A DNA stretch of 62,317 bases from Candidatus Limnocylindrales bacterium (GTDB lineage: Bacteria; Chloroflexota; Limnocylindria; Limnocylindrales; CSP1-4). The translations under genes were made by a program, and so were the position numbers. This document shows, piece after piece, positions 23,039 through 31,167 of this stretch. Position 1 is the first letter of the stretch; each line of letters opens with the position of its first letter. Below the pieces are notes generated by a model that searched no databases, had not been told where the DNA came from, and saw nothing but the letters and a program-made list of their open reading frames with translations. The stretch covers positions 1-62,317 of the forward strand of contig JBKKDM010000212.1 of assembly GCA_046707905.1 (NCBI GenBank). The letters run 5' to 3'.

Positions 23039-23488
23039 TCACGCCGACGGGGCGGACCCCGGGATCCCGTACTTCCAGCGACGCTGGAGGACGACGCACT
23101 CGTCGTCCGGGACGCTGACCGACATGTGGACGTGGACGATCCGCCAGCCGGGCGCCTCGCGCCGAAGGACCGCGCTCAGGCGCATCTCGACCTTCGAGCC
23201 ATCGGCGAACAGCCAGGTGGGCTGATCGGCGAAGAAGCCCATGTCGCCGTCCGCGTAGGCCACGGGACTCGCGCCCGCTTGGAGGCCCTCGCCGGGCACC
23301 TGGGTGCCGCTCCGCAGCGCGTCCTGGTCGTCGACCCACTCCCCGGCCGAGCCGATGAAGACGAGGCCGGGATCGCGCGAGATCAGGTCGTTGGCAGCGT
23401 CCGCCTCGCCGTCGAGCTGGCGGCGGTAGAACTCGAGCATCGTGTCGCGGATCTCCGTCGACGGCGCCATCGGCGTGCTGACCGTCAT
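23039..23488 (-). CDS. NTF2/SnoaL-like protein
   Basis: LVFIGSAGEW..MRLSAVLRREAPGWRIVHVHMS. Confidence 0.8.
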   Translation of the reverse strand: MTVSTPMAPSTEIRDTMLEFYRRQLDGEADAANDLISRDPGLVFIGSAGEWVDDQDALRSGTQVPGEGLQAGASPVAYADGDMGFFADQPTWLFADGSKVEMRLSAVLRREAPGWRIVHVHMSVSVPDDECVVLQRRWKYGIPGSAPSA

Positions 23489-24489
23489 CGGGGCTCCTCC
23501 GCGGTGGCTGCGGGCGCGTCGCCGGGGTCGAGCGGATCGCCGGGGTTGAGCTCGTCGCCTGGCTCGGGCGTGTCGCGCGGCCCCGGAGGGTCGCCCGGCT
23601 CGGCGCCGGTCGCGACCGGCTCCCCGGAACGGCTCCAGTCCGAATACGAGCCGACGTACAGGATCGGGTCGGGGAGGCCCGCGACGCGCATCGCGAGCGA
23701 GTGGTGGGCCGCCGACGTCCCGCTTCCGCACGACACGACGACGTCGCGCTGGTCGCCGCCGTCGTCGGGCACGATCTGGAGCTCCCGGAACCGGGCTCGA
23801 AGGGCGCCCGGACCGAGCATCCGGCCGTTGAGGTCGAGGTTGGTGTCGAACGGGGCGCTGATCGCCGTAGGGATGTGGCCCGCCACCGGGTCGACCGGCT
23901 CGACCTCGCCGCGGTAGCGGGCGGCCGCCCGCGCGTCCAGGAGCGTCACGCTCCCGAGCCGGTCGCGCAGTTCCTCCCGCTCGATCACGCCATGCCACTC
24001 GTCCTGGAGCGTCAGGGACGCTGGGCTGCCGGGCGGCGTGGGGACGTCGTCGGAGAGCGCGTTCCCGGCTTCGGACCAGGCTTTGATGCCGCCGTCCAGG
24101 ACGCCGACCCACTCGCCCTCGATGTCCCGGCGACCGAAGCCCAGGTTGTCGAGCATCCACCACAGTCGTGACGCGACCCAGCCGCCGACGTCGTCATAGC
24201 CCACCACGACGGAGCCATCGCCGATTCCCGCGGCCGCCATCCGGGCGCGAAACGCCTCCGGGGATGGGAGCGGGTGGCGGCCCGGCGCGCCGTAGCCCTC
24301 GAGGTCGGCGAGGTCCTCGTCGAGGTCGAAGAAGATGGCGCCGGGGAGATGTCCTTCGAGGTACGCGGCGTGCCCGGCGCCCGGCTTCCCCAGGTACCAC
24401 CGCACGTCGACGATCACCGGGCGCTCGCCGGCCTCCAGCCACTGCGCGAGCCGCTCGACCGAGAGCAGTGGCGTCCGCTCGACATCCAT
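23485..24489 (-). CDS. Tandem-rhodanese sulfurtransferase (SseA-like)
   Basis: GHLPGA, GRHPLP, LLDARAAARYRG, GHIPTA, active-site CGSGT, YVGSYSDW. Confidence 0.9.
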   Translation of the reverse strand: MDVERTPLLSVERLAQWLEAGERPVIVDVRWYLGKPGAGHAAYLEGHLPGAIFFDLDEDLADLEGYGAPGRHPLPSPEAFRARMAAAGIGDGSVVVGYDDVGGWVASRLWWMLDNLGFGRRDIEGEWVGVLDGGIKAWSEAGNALSDDVPTPPGSPASLTLQDEWHGVIEREELRDRLGSVTLLDARAAARYRGEVEPVDPVAGHIPTAISAPFDTNLDLNGRMLGPGALRARFRELQIVPDDGGDQRDVVVSCGSGTSAAHHSLAMRVAGLPDPILYVGSYSDWSRSGEPVATGAEPGDPPGPRDTPEPGDELNPGDPLDPGDAPAATAEEPR

Positions 24490-24584
24490 CGACCGGAGGC
24501 TACCCTGCCGGCCACGGTGCTGCATTCCCGAACCCCTGCGCGCCGTCCGCGGAACCCGGTGCATCGTGCCGGCGTCTCGCGGCC

Positions 24585-25379
24585 GTGCCACGTATCCACC
24601 CCCTTGCCGCCCTGGCCGTCCTCGCGCTGGCGCTCGCGGCGCAGACGGGATGCTCGCCCGCGGCCCCACAGCTCACCGACCACGACTACCTGTCCGTTGG
24701 CGTCACCGAGGGCGGCGCGGCGAAGGCCCTCGTCAATGGGACGCGCATCCGTATCAACTTCGGTCCCGCTGAAGGCAACGACCGGGACGACGCTGCCCTC
24801 GTCGCGACTGCCGGTTGCAACTCGATCGCCGGGACCTATCGGATCGATGGTGGCCGCCTCGTCTTCGACAGTGCCGGCATGACCGAAATGGGCTGCGATG
24901 CAGAGCGGCACGCGCAGGACGATTGGCTCGCGGCGTTCCTCGCCTCGAAGCCGGCGATCCGGCTTGCCGGCAACGACCTGACGCTCGAGGGCAGCTCGAC
25001 GGTCATTCGACTCCTCGACCGCGAGGTTGCCGAGCCCGACCTGAACATCGTGGGGCCAACGTGGACCGTCGAGTCGATCGTCGCCGGCGACGCCGTTTCG
25101 AGCCTCCCGGAGGGCGCCAGCGCGACCATTGTCTTCAAGGCGGACGGCTCGTTCGAGCTGGACGCGGGCTGCAATCGCGGCGGCGGCACCTGGAAGCTCG
25201 ACGGTGGCGGGATCGCATTCTCCGGCGTGATGCTCACGAAGATGGCGTGCACCGGTGCGGGGGCCCAGCTCGAGGGCGCGGTCCTGACGGTGATCGATGA
25301 GGGCTCGGTCCGGGCGTGGATCGAAGCGAACGTGTTGACGCTGTCGCGCGAGGGGAGCGGCCTGCAGCTCCGGGGCTAG
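24585..25379 (+). CDS. Lipoprotein with two META (HslJ-like) domains
   Basis: Signal ending QTGC; two GCN...MT(E/K)M(G/A)C repeats. Confidence 0.8.
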   Translation: MPRIHPLAALAVLALALAAQTGCSPAAPQLTDHDYLSVGVTEGGAAKALVNGTRIRINFGPAEGNDRDDAALVATAGCNSIAGTYRIDGGRLVFDSAGMTEMGCDAERHAQDDWLAAFLASKPAIRLAGNDLTLEGSSTVIRLLDREVAEPDLNIVGPTWTVESIVAGDAVSSLPEGASATIVFKADGSFELDAGCNRGGGTWKLDGGGIAFSGVMLTKMACTGAGAQLEGAVLTVIDEGSVRAWIEANVLTLSREGSGLQLRG

Positions 25380-25432
25380 CCCTCTGGTAATCTTCCGCGC
25401 GGCGTGGTCCCGGCTGGTCGGCGACCTTCCGC

Positions 25433-25507
25433 TCCGGCGTAGCTCAGTGGTAGAGCGAGCGGCTGTTAACCGCCAGGTCGTAGGTTCGAATCCTACCGCC
25501 GGAGCCA
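25433..25507 (+). tRNA. tRNA-Asn (GTT)
   Basis: TCCGGCG/CGCCGGA acceptor stem, AGCTCAGTGGTAGAGC D-arm, CT-GTT-AA anticodon loop, GTTCGAATC T-loop, encoded CCA. Confidence 0.97.
25473..25507 (+). repeat. attL (3' end of tRNA-Asn)
   Basis: CCAGGTCGTAGGTTCGAATCCTACCGCCGGAGCCA, identical to 35513-35547. Confidence 0.95.
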
Positions 25508-25639
25508 ATCCTCTCTAGGCTGAACTCTCTAAGTTCGGAACGCCCCTGTGTACATCATCTGGGTCCCATCCTAGCTTTAGCACGACGCTCCAGAGTTCAA
25601 CTAACAGCGAGCGTGCAAGGGCAGAGGGGTAGGGGCGAG

Positions 25640-26662
25640 ATGATCGAGATTCAGCCGATCGAAAGACGCAGGCGCAACCTGTCTCACAGTGAGATAGGTC
25701 TCGATGCCAAGGCGAGCCGACGGCGAGCCCCGACGACCTACACCCCCGATGCGCTCCCGGCGCTGCGCGACAGCTTCGCGCTCCACCTCCACGCGACCCG
25801 CGCGCCCAAGACGGGCTCGATCTACGTCGGGAGCCTCGACGGCTTCATCGCCTATCTCCTGGCGAACGGGATGCCGATGACCGCTGGCGGGGTCCGACGA
25901 GAGCACGTCGAGTCGTACCTCGCCGCGTGCCGGGATCGCGGGCTTGCCCCGTCGACCGTCAGTCTCGAATACCGCTCCCTTCAGGCGTTCTTCCGCTGGC
26001 TGATCGAGGAGGACGAGATCGACCGGAGCCCGACCGAGAAGATGCGCGCCCCGAAGGTTCCCGACTCGCCGGTCCCGGTCGTGTCGCACGAGGCCATGCG
26101 CAAGCTCCTCCGCGTTACCGAGGGGAGGGACTTCACGAGCCGTCGCGACCACGGCGTCCTCCGATTGCTCTACGACTCGGGCATCCGAGCGGGCGAGCTA
26201 CTCGGCCTCTCGCTCGCCGATGTCGAGCTACGAGCGCGCCTGGCCTACGTCACCGGGAAGGGCGGTCATACGCGCGCGGTCAAGTTCGGCGCGACGACGG
26301 CGGTCGCGCTCGATCGCTACCTCCGGCTCCGGCGAGGCCATCGCTACGCCGACAATGACGCGTTCTGGCTCGGGCAGCGGGGTCGGTTCGAGTACCACGC
26401 GATGGCGGTCATGCTCGCGAAGCGCTCCGCCGCCGCGGGACTGCCCCGCGTCCATGCCCACCAGTTCCGTCACTCGTTCGCCCACGAGTATCTCGCCGGG
26501 GGCGGCCAGGAGGGGGACCTGATGCGTCTCGCGGGCTGGCGCAGCCCGCTCATGCTCCGTCGCTACGGGGCGAGCGCCGCCGTCGAGCGCGCCCACGCCG
26601 CCTACACGAGCCCCGGCGACCGTCTCGCCGCCAGCAATGGCTCTGGGCGAGGACGTGCTTAG
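25640..26662 (+). CDS. Tyrosine recombinase/integrase
   Basis: SAM-like N-domain; catalytic R (SGIRAGE), K (GKGG), HQFRH, LAGW, Y (LRRY). Confidence 0.93.
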   Translation: MIEIQPIERRRRNLSHSEIGLDAKASRRRAPTTYTPDALPALRDSFALHLHATRAPKTGSIYVGSLDGFIAYLLANGMPMTAGGVRREHVESYLAACRDRGLAPSTVSLEYRSLQAFFRWLIEEDEIDRSPTEKMRAPKVPDSPVPVVSHEAMRKLLRVTEGRDFTSRRDHGVLRLLYDSGIRAGELLGLSLADVELRARLAYVTGKGGHTRAVKFGATTAVALDRYLRLRRGHRYADNDAFWLGQRGRFEYHAMAVMLAKRSAAAGLPRVHAHQFRHSFAHEYLAGGGQEGDLMRLAGWRSPLMLRRYGASAAVERAHAAYTSPGDRLAASNGSGRGRA

Positions 26663-26815
26663 GGTGGGGCGCACGCACGACGTGCTAGCACCTTAGAGTT
26701 GGACGATCAAGCGCGCCGAGTGAGAGACGTCGCGCCAATAGGTCACTAGCCCCGTCTCGGGACGAGAGACGAGAAGGGGCCCAACAGCGGCCACGAGCCG
26801 CGGAAGGGTCCGCAG

Positions 26816-27151
26816 ATGGCGTCTCTCACCCCCGCCCAGCGAGTGGTTCGCGCTCGCGCCGCCGCGTTCGCCCAGCACGCGCAGGGCCGTACGAATACCG
26901 GACCGGCGACGGTCGCCCAGATCGTGCGATTCGAGCGCCAGGTCGACCCCGACGGCACCTTGGCCCCCGACGAGCGTGCGCGTCGCGCGAGGCTCGCGCA
27001 GCGAGCTCACATGACCCTCCTCGCTCTGCGCTCTAGTCGCGCTCGCCTCGCAAGGCGTGTACGCGAGGAGGAGGCCAGCTTCGTCACGGAGACGACCGAG
27101 GCCCGACAGGAGGCCCGACGTGACAGCGTCGACCCTCAGCGCTCACGCTAG
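26816..27151 (+). CDS. Small basic hypothetical protein typical of integrated elements
   Basis: RFERQVDPDGTL.PDERARRA..A..AHM..LAL.S.RAR pattern, recalled from actinobacterial-type mobile elements (unverified). Confidence 0.65.
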   Translation: MASLTPAQRVVRARAAAFAQHAQGRTNTGPATVAQIVRFERQVDPDGTLAPDERARRARLAQRAHMTLLALRSSRARLARRVREEEASFVTETTEARQEARRDSVDPQRSR

Positions 27152-27221
27152 CGACCCACCCGTCGGATACCGGCCTAGTCGGGTCGTTCGCTCCTCCCCG
27201 CGTGTCGCGCCCACGTCGTGA
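27120..27221 (+). CDS. Putative 33-aa small ORF
   Basis: AGGAGG RBS 6 nt before GTG; TGA overlaps the next GTG (GTGA). Confidence 0.4.
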   Translation: MTASTLSAHASDPPVGYRPSRVVRSSPRVAPTS

Positions 27222-28090
27222 CCAGTCGACGGGCGCGCATCGCGATGCTCGGGCGGATGATCGAACGACGGCGATCGCGCCTCCAGCGTGAGCGGATCGA
27301 CCCGAGCCTGCCGCGTGTAGACGAGGCCGAGGCGCTCTTCGCCGACGGGCTCGCGAGCTGGCACGCGAGACGCGGCCAGCGAGGGTTTCCGAAGCGTCTC
27401 GAGGACCCGGACGAATTCGCCTATCGGCAAGCAAGCGCGGAGATCGTCCAGCGATTCGATAACGCTGGGTGGCGCGGCTCGGGCCGCCAGCTCGGTTACC
27501 GAACGTTCGCTGAGTACGACGCGGTCGTCGAGGCAGGGCGCGACGGCGACGTCGCAGGCGATGATGGATATCCGCTAGCCGAACGGGTCACGGCCGACGA
27601 CCAGCCGTGGGACGAGGATCACGTCCCTTACGAGTTCTGGGACCCGGACGCGTCGACGATCCGCGAGCAGGATCGCTGGCAGGAGTACGCGCAGCGCATC
27701 GATCGAGAGCAGGGTCGAGCGTCTCGGATGATGGATGACGCGCTTCGCACAACCGTCTTCGAGGAGCACCTTCAGGCCGTCCTCGACCCAGACGACTTCG
27801 AGACGTGGCGGCTGCGTCGGGAGGTATCCCTCAAGGCGCTCGCCGCCATCCGCGGCGTCTCCGTGACGGCTGTCTTCTACCGCGAGGAGCAGGTGGTCCA
27901 GCGCGCTCGCGTGGAGTGGAAGGCTGTCAATCCGGACGTCCCAATCCCGCCGATCCTGTTGCGGCGACCGCGCCACGACAGCCGACAGGCCGCCCGCAAC
28001 TTAAATAGCGAACGACTGTACCTAGGGAATAGAGGGACCTCGTTTCGGTCCCGCCAATCCGTCCAACGACCGGAGCCCGATCGCGGGTAG
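27218..28090 (+). CDS. Hypothetical protein with C-terminal sigma-70 region-4-like HTH
   Basis: LDPDDFETWRLRREVSLKALAAIRGVSVTAVFYREEQVVQRAR resembles an r4 HTH. Confidence 0.55.
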   Translation: MTSRRARIAMLGRMIERRRSRLQRERIDPSLPRVDEAEALFADGLASWHARRGQRGFPKRLEDPDEFAYRQASAEIVQRFDNAGWRGSGRQLGYRTFAEYDAVVEAGRDGDVAGDDGYPLAERVTADDQPWDEDHVPYEFWDPDASTIREQDRWQEYAQRIDREQGRASRMMDDALRTTVFEEHLQAVLDPDDFETWRLRREVSLKALAAIRGVSVTAVFYREEQVVQRARVEWKAVNPDVPIPPILLRRPRHDSRQAARNLNSERLYLGNRGTSFRSRQSVQRPEPDRG

Positions 28091-28123
28091 CCGGTCGTTT
28101 GCCCTTATCCGGGAGACGCCGAG

Positions 28124-28330
28124 TTGGTACGAACCCTCGATCGCCCGTCGCGTCGGAACCAGGACCCGGCGCTCGACCACCTGAGGCGCGCGACCGCGCA
28201 GTTGAAGGCGGCGCGCTCGTCCGCGGAGACATGGCCCGAGTGCCCTGCCGGTCTCGTCGCCGACATCTACGTGATGGAGCTGGCGGCCCTCGAGTTGCTT
28301 ATCCGCGTGCAGCGCGATCCACCGCGATGA
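28124..28330 (+). CDS. Small hypothetical protein
   Basis: GGGAG RBS before TTG; stop overlaps the next ATG (ATGA). Confidence 0.55.
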   Translation: MVRTLDRPSRRNQDPALDHLRRATAQLKAARSSAETWPECPAGLVADIYVMELAALELLIRVQRDPPR

Positions 28331-28980
28331 GTGTCCGCGAGGCCAAAGGTCGGCTCCTGTCGCGGGAGTACATGGCCGACCGAGAGTTCATGACCGAGTA
28401 CGACGCTGCCGAGCGGGAGTGGTACCTGCTCACGGCCCTGTTCGCGGACGACGCCGGGTTCCTACCCTGGGACCCGCCCGACAACGCCGCGAACCTCTAC
28501 CGCTACGAGGTCCCGAGCGAGCGTGAGGAGCGCGTCGCAGGCTACGTCGCGCACTTCACCGCGACGGGCAGGTTCATCGACCTCGGCTGCGGTCACGCGC
28601 TCATGCCGCGTGGGCCCGCCAAGCGGCCCCGAGGCCATCGCCGCGAGTTCGCTGTCAAGGAAGAGCACTCGCAATGCATTGGGAATGCTCTCGAAACCGC
28701 TGGAGAGCTTTCGGCCTCCTATCCAGTCCAATCCAGTCCGGTCAATTCCAGTCCAGTCGAGATAGGCGTATCTCGAAACATTCGCGCGCGCGAGTCCTCG
28801 ACCCGAGGCGCTCCCGGCCCTGAGAACCCTGTAGGGAAGGAACGAGCGAACGGCGGGTTCGCCGAGTTCGCCCTCGAGGCCGGCGGGTTCGTCGCGGAGC
28901 TAGCGAGGGCCTCGCCAGGCATGGCTCTTCACGCCTCGCTCGACGCACGGGCTGCCGACGCGCCTGAGGATGCCTCGTGA
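28327..28980 (+). CDS. Putative phage-type replication initiator
   Basis: RLLSREYMAD..AAEREWYLLTALFADDAG resembles the N-terminus of phage replisome organisers (..ADD.G..); internal pentamer repeats encode YPVQSSPVNSSPV. Confidence 0.6.
   Translation: MSVREAKGRLLSREYMADREFMTEYDAAEREWYLLTALFADDAGFLPWDPPDNAANLYRYEVPSEREERVAGYVAHFTATGRFIDLGCGHALMPRGPAKRPRGHRREFAVKEEHSQCIGNALETAGELSASYPVQSSPVNSSPVEIGVSRNIRARESSTRGAPGPENPVGKERANGGFAEFALEAGGFVAELARASPGMALHASLDARAADAPEDAS
28721..28760 (+). repeat. Eight tandem 5-bp repeats (consensus RTCCA) within the rep gene
   Basis: ATCCA GTCCA ATCCA GTCCG GTCAA TTCCA GTCCA GTCGA. Confidence 0.8.
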
Positions 28981-29411
28981 CCCGTCTCTTCTGGGCGGCG
29001 TCTCGGGACGGGATCGCCCACGGCGCTCGCCCTGGATACGCCCGAACCCTCTGCGGCGAGAAGACGCAGGACCCGCGGTGGGCCTGGCCCGCGGAGTCAC
29101 GCTGCCCTCGGTGCGTCGCGATCGACGTCCGGCCGACCGTTCGCTCGGTGGTCGGGGGCCGCGCCAATGCAAGCGGTAGCGATACGACGGGTCACGCTCA
29201 TCGGCCGGCCGCGTCGCTACCAGCCGGTCGGGAGGCGTCGGGTTCGGCGCTTCCCGACATCGGCACGCCCCCGCAGGGCTCGGGTTCGAGCCCACGCGGG
29301 ACCCCAGCGTTCGACCCGTCCGTCGTTCGACGTGACGCGGTTCTCTCCTTGCCGGCCGATCGTGGGCCGCGGACGGGCGAACGCTCCATCACCGGGAGGA
29401 GCAGAACGTGA
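28977..29411 (+). CDS. Hypothetical protein with N-terminal H-C-CxxC zinc-finger-like motif
   Basis: IAHG..TLCG..RCPRC; GTGA overlaps on both sides. Confidence 0.55.
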   Translation: MTRLFWAASRDGIAHGARPGYARTLCGEKTQDPRWAWPAESRCPRCVAIDVRPTVRSVVGGRANASGSDTTGHAHRPAASLPAGREASGSALPDIGTPPQGSGSSPRGTPAFDPSVVRRDAVLSLPADRGPRTGERSITGRSRT

Positions 29412-29998
29412 TCGACGAGGAGATCGAACAGGCACGACTGTCAGGTCGCGTCGCGAACTTCCAGCCCGGAGCCATGGCGGCGATCGAGGCGCCGAAGACG
29501 CCCGATAGCTCCAGGGAGGAGAGAGTCGCCGACGTCGAGACGCCGCCTTCAGGCGAGGTACCCGAACGCCTCCAGCGGGCGCGGACTCGACGCCTGGCAT
29601 GGCGCGCGGCGCTCGGGGCCCTGCGAGGGAGGGGCGACGCTGACATCGCGGAGGTCCATGCCGCTGTCGCGACTGGCGACACCGAGAGGATCGTCCTGGC
29701 GACGATCCGGCATGCGATCGGTGCGCTCCTTGACTCAGAGCTCGGGAGACCATCGACGGCGTTCCACGAGATCAGCGTCTCGATCGAAACCGAGCTTCAG
29801 GCCGCCGCGTATGCGGACCCACACGCGACGCTCGCAGGCCTCGAAGGCGACGACGGACTCGACGTTGCTCTGATCCGCGAGTACGCGACGGCGGCGCTGA
29901 CGCCCGACCCGCATCGATTCCACGGCGTGACCGGGCAGCTGCTGCGGCCGGACGCACCGTCTCTCAGCCTGCTGCGAACCATGCAGCCGCGCCGATGA
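29408..29998 (+). CDS. Hypothetical helical protein
   Basis: GGAGGA RBS; translationally coupled on both sides. Confidence 0.65.
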   Translation: MIDEEIEQARLSGRVANFQPGAMAAIEAPKTPDSSREERVADVETPPSGEVPERLQRARTRRLAWRAALGALRGRGDADIAEVHAAVATGDTERIVLATIRHAIGALLDSELGRPSTAFHEISVSIETELQAAAYADPHATLAGLEGDDGLDVALIREYATAALTPDPHRFHGVTGQLLRPDAPSLSLLRTMQPRR

Positions 29999-30246
29999 AG
30001 GCCCGCGTGCTCCCGCCCATCGACCCGCTTACCGGCCAGCATCCTGTTCCGCCCGATCGAGCCTTCATCCGGTGCACCTGCGGTGGTCCTGCATGGCGGA
30101 TCGCCGAGGGCGTCGACGAGTGGGAGTGCGCCGCGCCCGTTGGTCCGCACGGACCCCACGCCCCGCGCCAGGTAGCGGATGCGACAGGGATGCCGCAGAT
30201 CGCCTACGGGCCCTTCCGACTCCGGGACGTCGGCCCGCGGTCGTGA
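29995..30246 (+). CDS. Small Cys/His (Zn-ribbon-like) protein
   Basis: RCTCGG..WECAA..H; ATGA and GTGA overlaps. Confidence 0.5.
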   Translation: MKARVLPPIDPLTGQHPVPPDRAFIRCTCGGPAWRIAEGVDEWECAAPVGPHGPHAPRQVADATGMPQIAYGPFRLRDVGPRS

Positions 30247-30644
30247 TCCGCGTCGTCGGCGTCCTCCGCGCGAACAGCGCGACCGAGATCATGGGCATCC
30301 TCACCAACTTCCGGCCAGACGAGGTCCCTGTACTCGACCGCCACTGGGGCCGCGCTATCGGATGGGTCCGATCGCTGACTGCCGACCGATCTGACATCTG
30401 GTTCCTGGCCCTGCTCGACGACGACGCGGCAGCGCGGCTGCCCTCGGCCATATCGTCCGAGATGGCTGCCCTCGGCGTGCCGATCAGACCCGATGAACCC
30501 GGGCTCGTGCTGCCGTTCGCGCTCCCGACGCGATATCGGGGCTCGCTCGGCCCTGGCTACACCCTCGAAGCCGTCGCTCTCATCGGCGACGGCCGTCCCG
30601 CCGCGCCCGGGTCCGAAGCGTGGCTGATGGACGACGCGCGCTGA
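30243..30644 (+). CDS. Putative phage prohead (Mu-like/HK97-type) maturation protease domain
   Basis: NF..VPVLDRH..AIGWV..L..IW..ISSE..GYTLEAVAL..RPA matches the His/Ser motif order of prohead proteases. Confidence 0.55.
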   Translation: MIRVVGVLRANSATEIMGILTNFRPDEVPVLDRHWGRAIGWVRSLTADRSDIWFLALLDDDAAARLPSAISSEMAALGVPIRPDEPGLVLPFALPTRYRGSLGPGYTLEAVALIGDGRPAAPGSEAWLMDDAR

Positions 30645-30897
30645 TCATCGCCCGAGCGCGTCTCTGGGCGAGACATTCTGGCTCGTACGGTGGCGGTAGA
30701 ACTGAGCGAGCGCACAGCAAAGCGTGGGATCGCGTAGATCATCGATCTCCAGCTCAGCGCGGCCTAGGCGGCCGCCTCGCCACGAAGGCCACGACCGGAG
30801 CAACCGCCCCTTTGTTCCTCGTCCGACCCCCAGGGACCCCGCTCGCGGCCATTAACCCACACAAGGCCTACGTCTGAACCGGAGGCGCTGAAAGTCG

Positions 30898-31155
30898 ATG
30901 CCTAAACCGTCGCCTGCAGACATCCCGGACGCGGAGTGGTACCCGCCATGGCACGCTCGTATCCGCAAGTCGCGCTCGAAGTCCCAGTCCGTCCAGAACC
31001 GTGTCCTGGCGAGGTTCTTCGCGGCCTGTCGTGCTCGAGACGCGGTCCTGCTAGCGCGTCGGGCCGAGGAGGAGCGAGCGCGCGAGCGCTCGGAGCGAGC
31101 GGCGTGGATGCGTCGCTACCGGGCTCGCAACAAGGAGCTACGCGCCGGGCAGTAG
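30898..31155 (+). CDS. Small basic hypothetical protein
   Basis: GGAGG RBS; Arg-rich helical C-terminus (AAWMRRYRARNK). Confidence 0.55.
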   Translation: MPKPSPADIPDAEWYPPWHARIRKSRSKSQSVQNRVLARFFAACRARDAVLLARRAEEERARERSERAAWMRRYRARNKELRAGQ

Positions 31156-31167
31156 GCGCAACCTATC

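Noticed and set aside
30620-30877. HNH endonuclease suggested by VDHRSP..RG
   Set aside because: No CxxC pairs or properly spaced Asn/His; the ORF itself is doubtful
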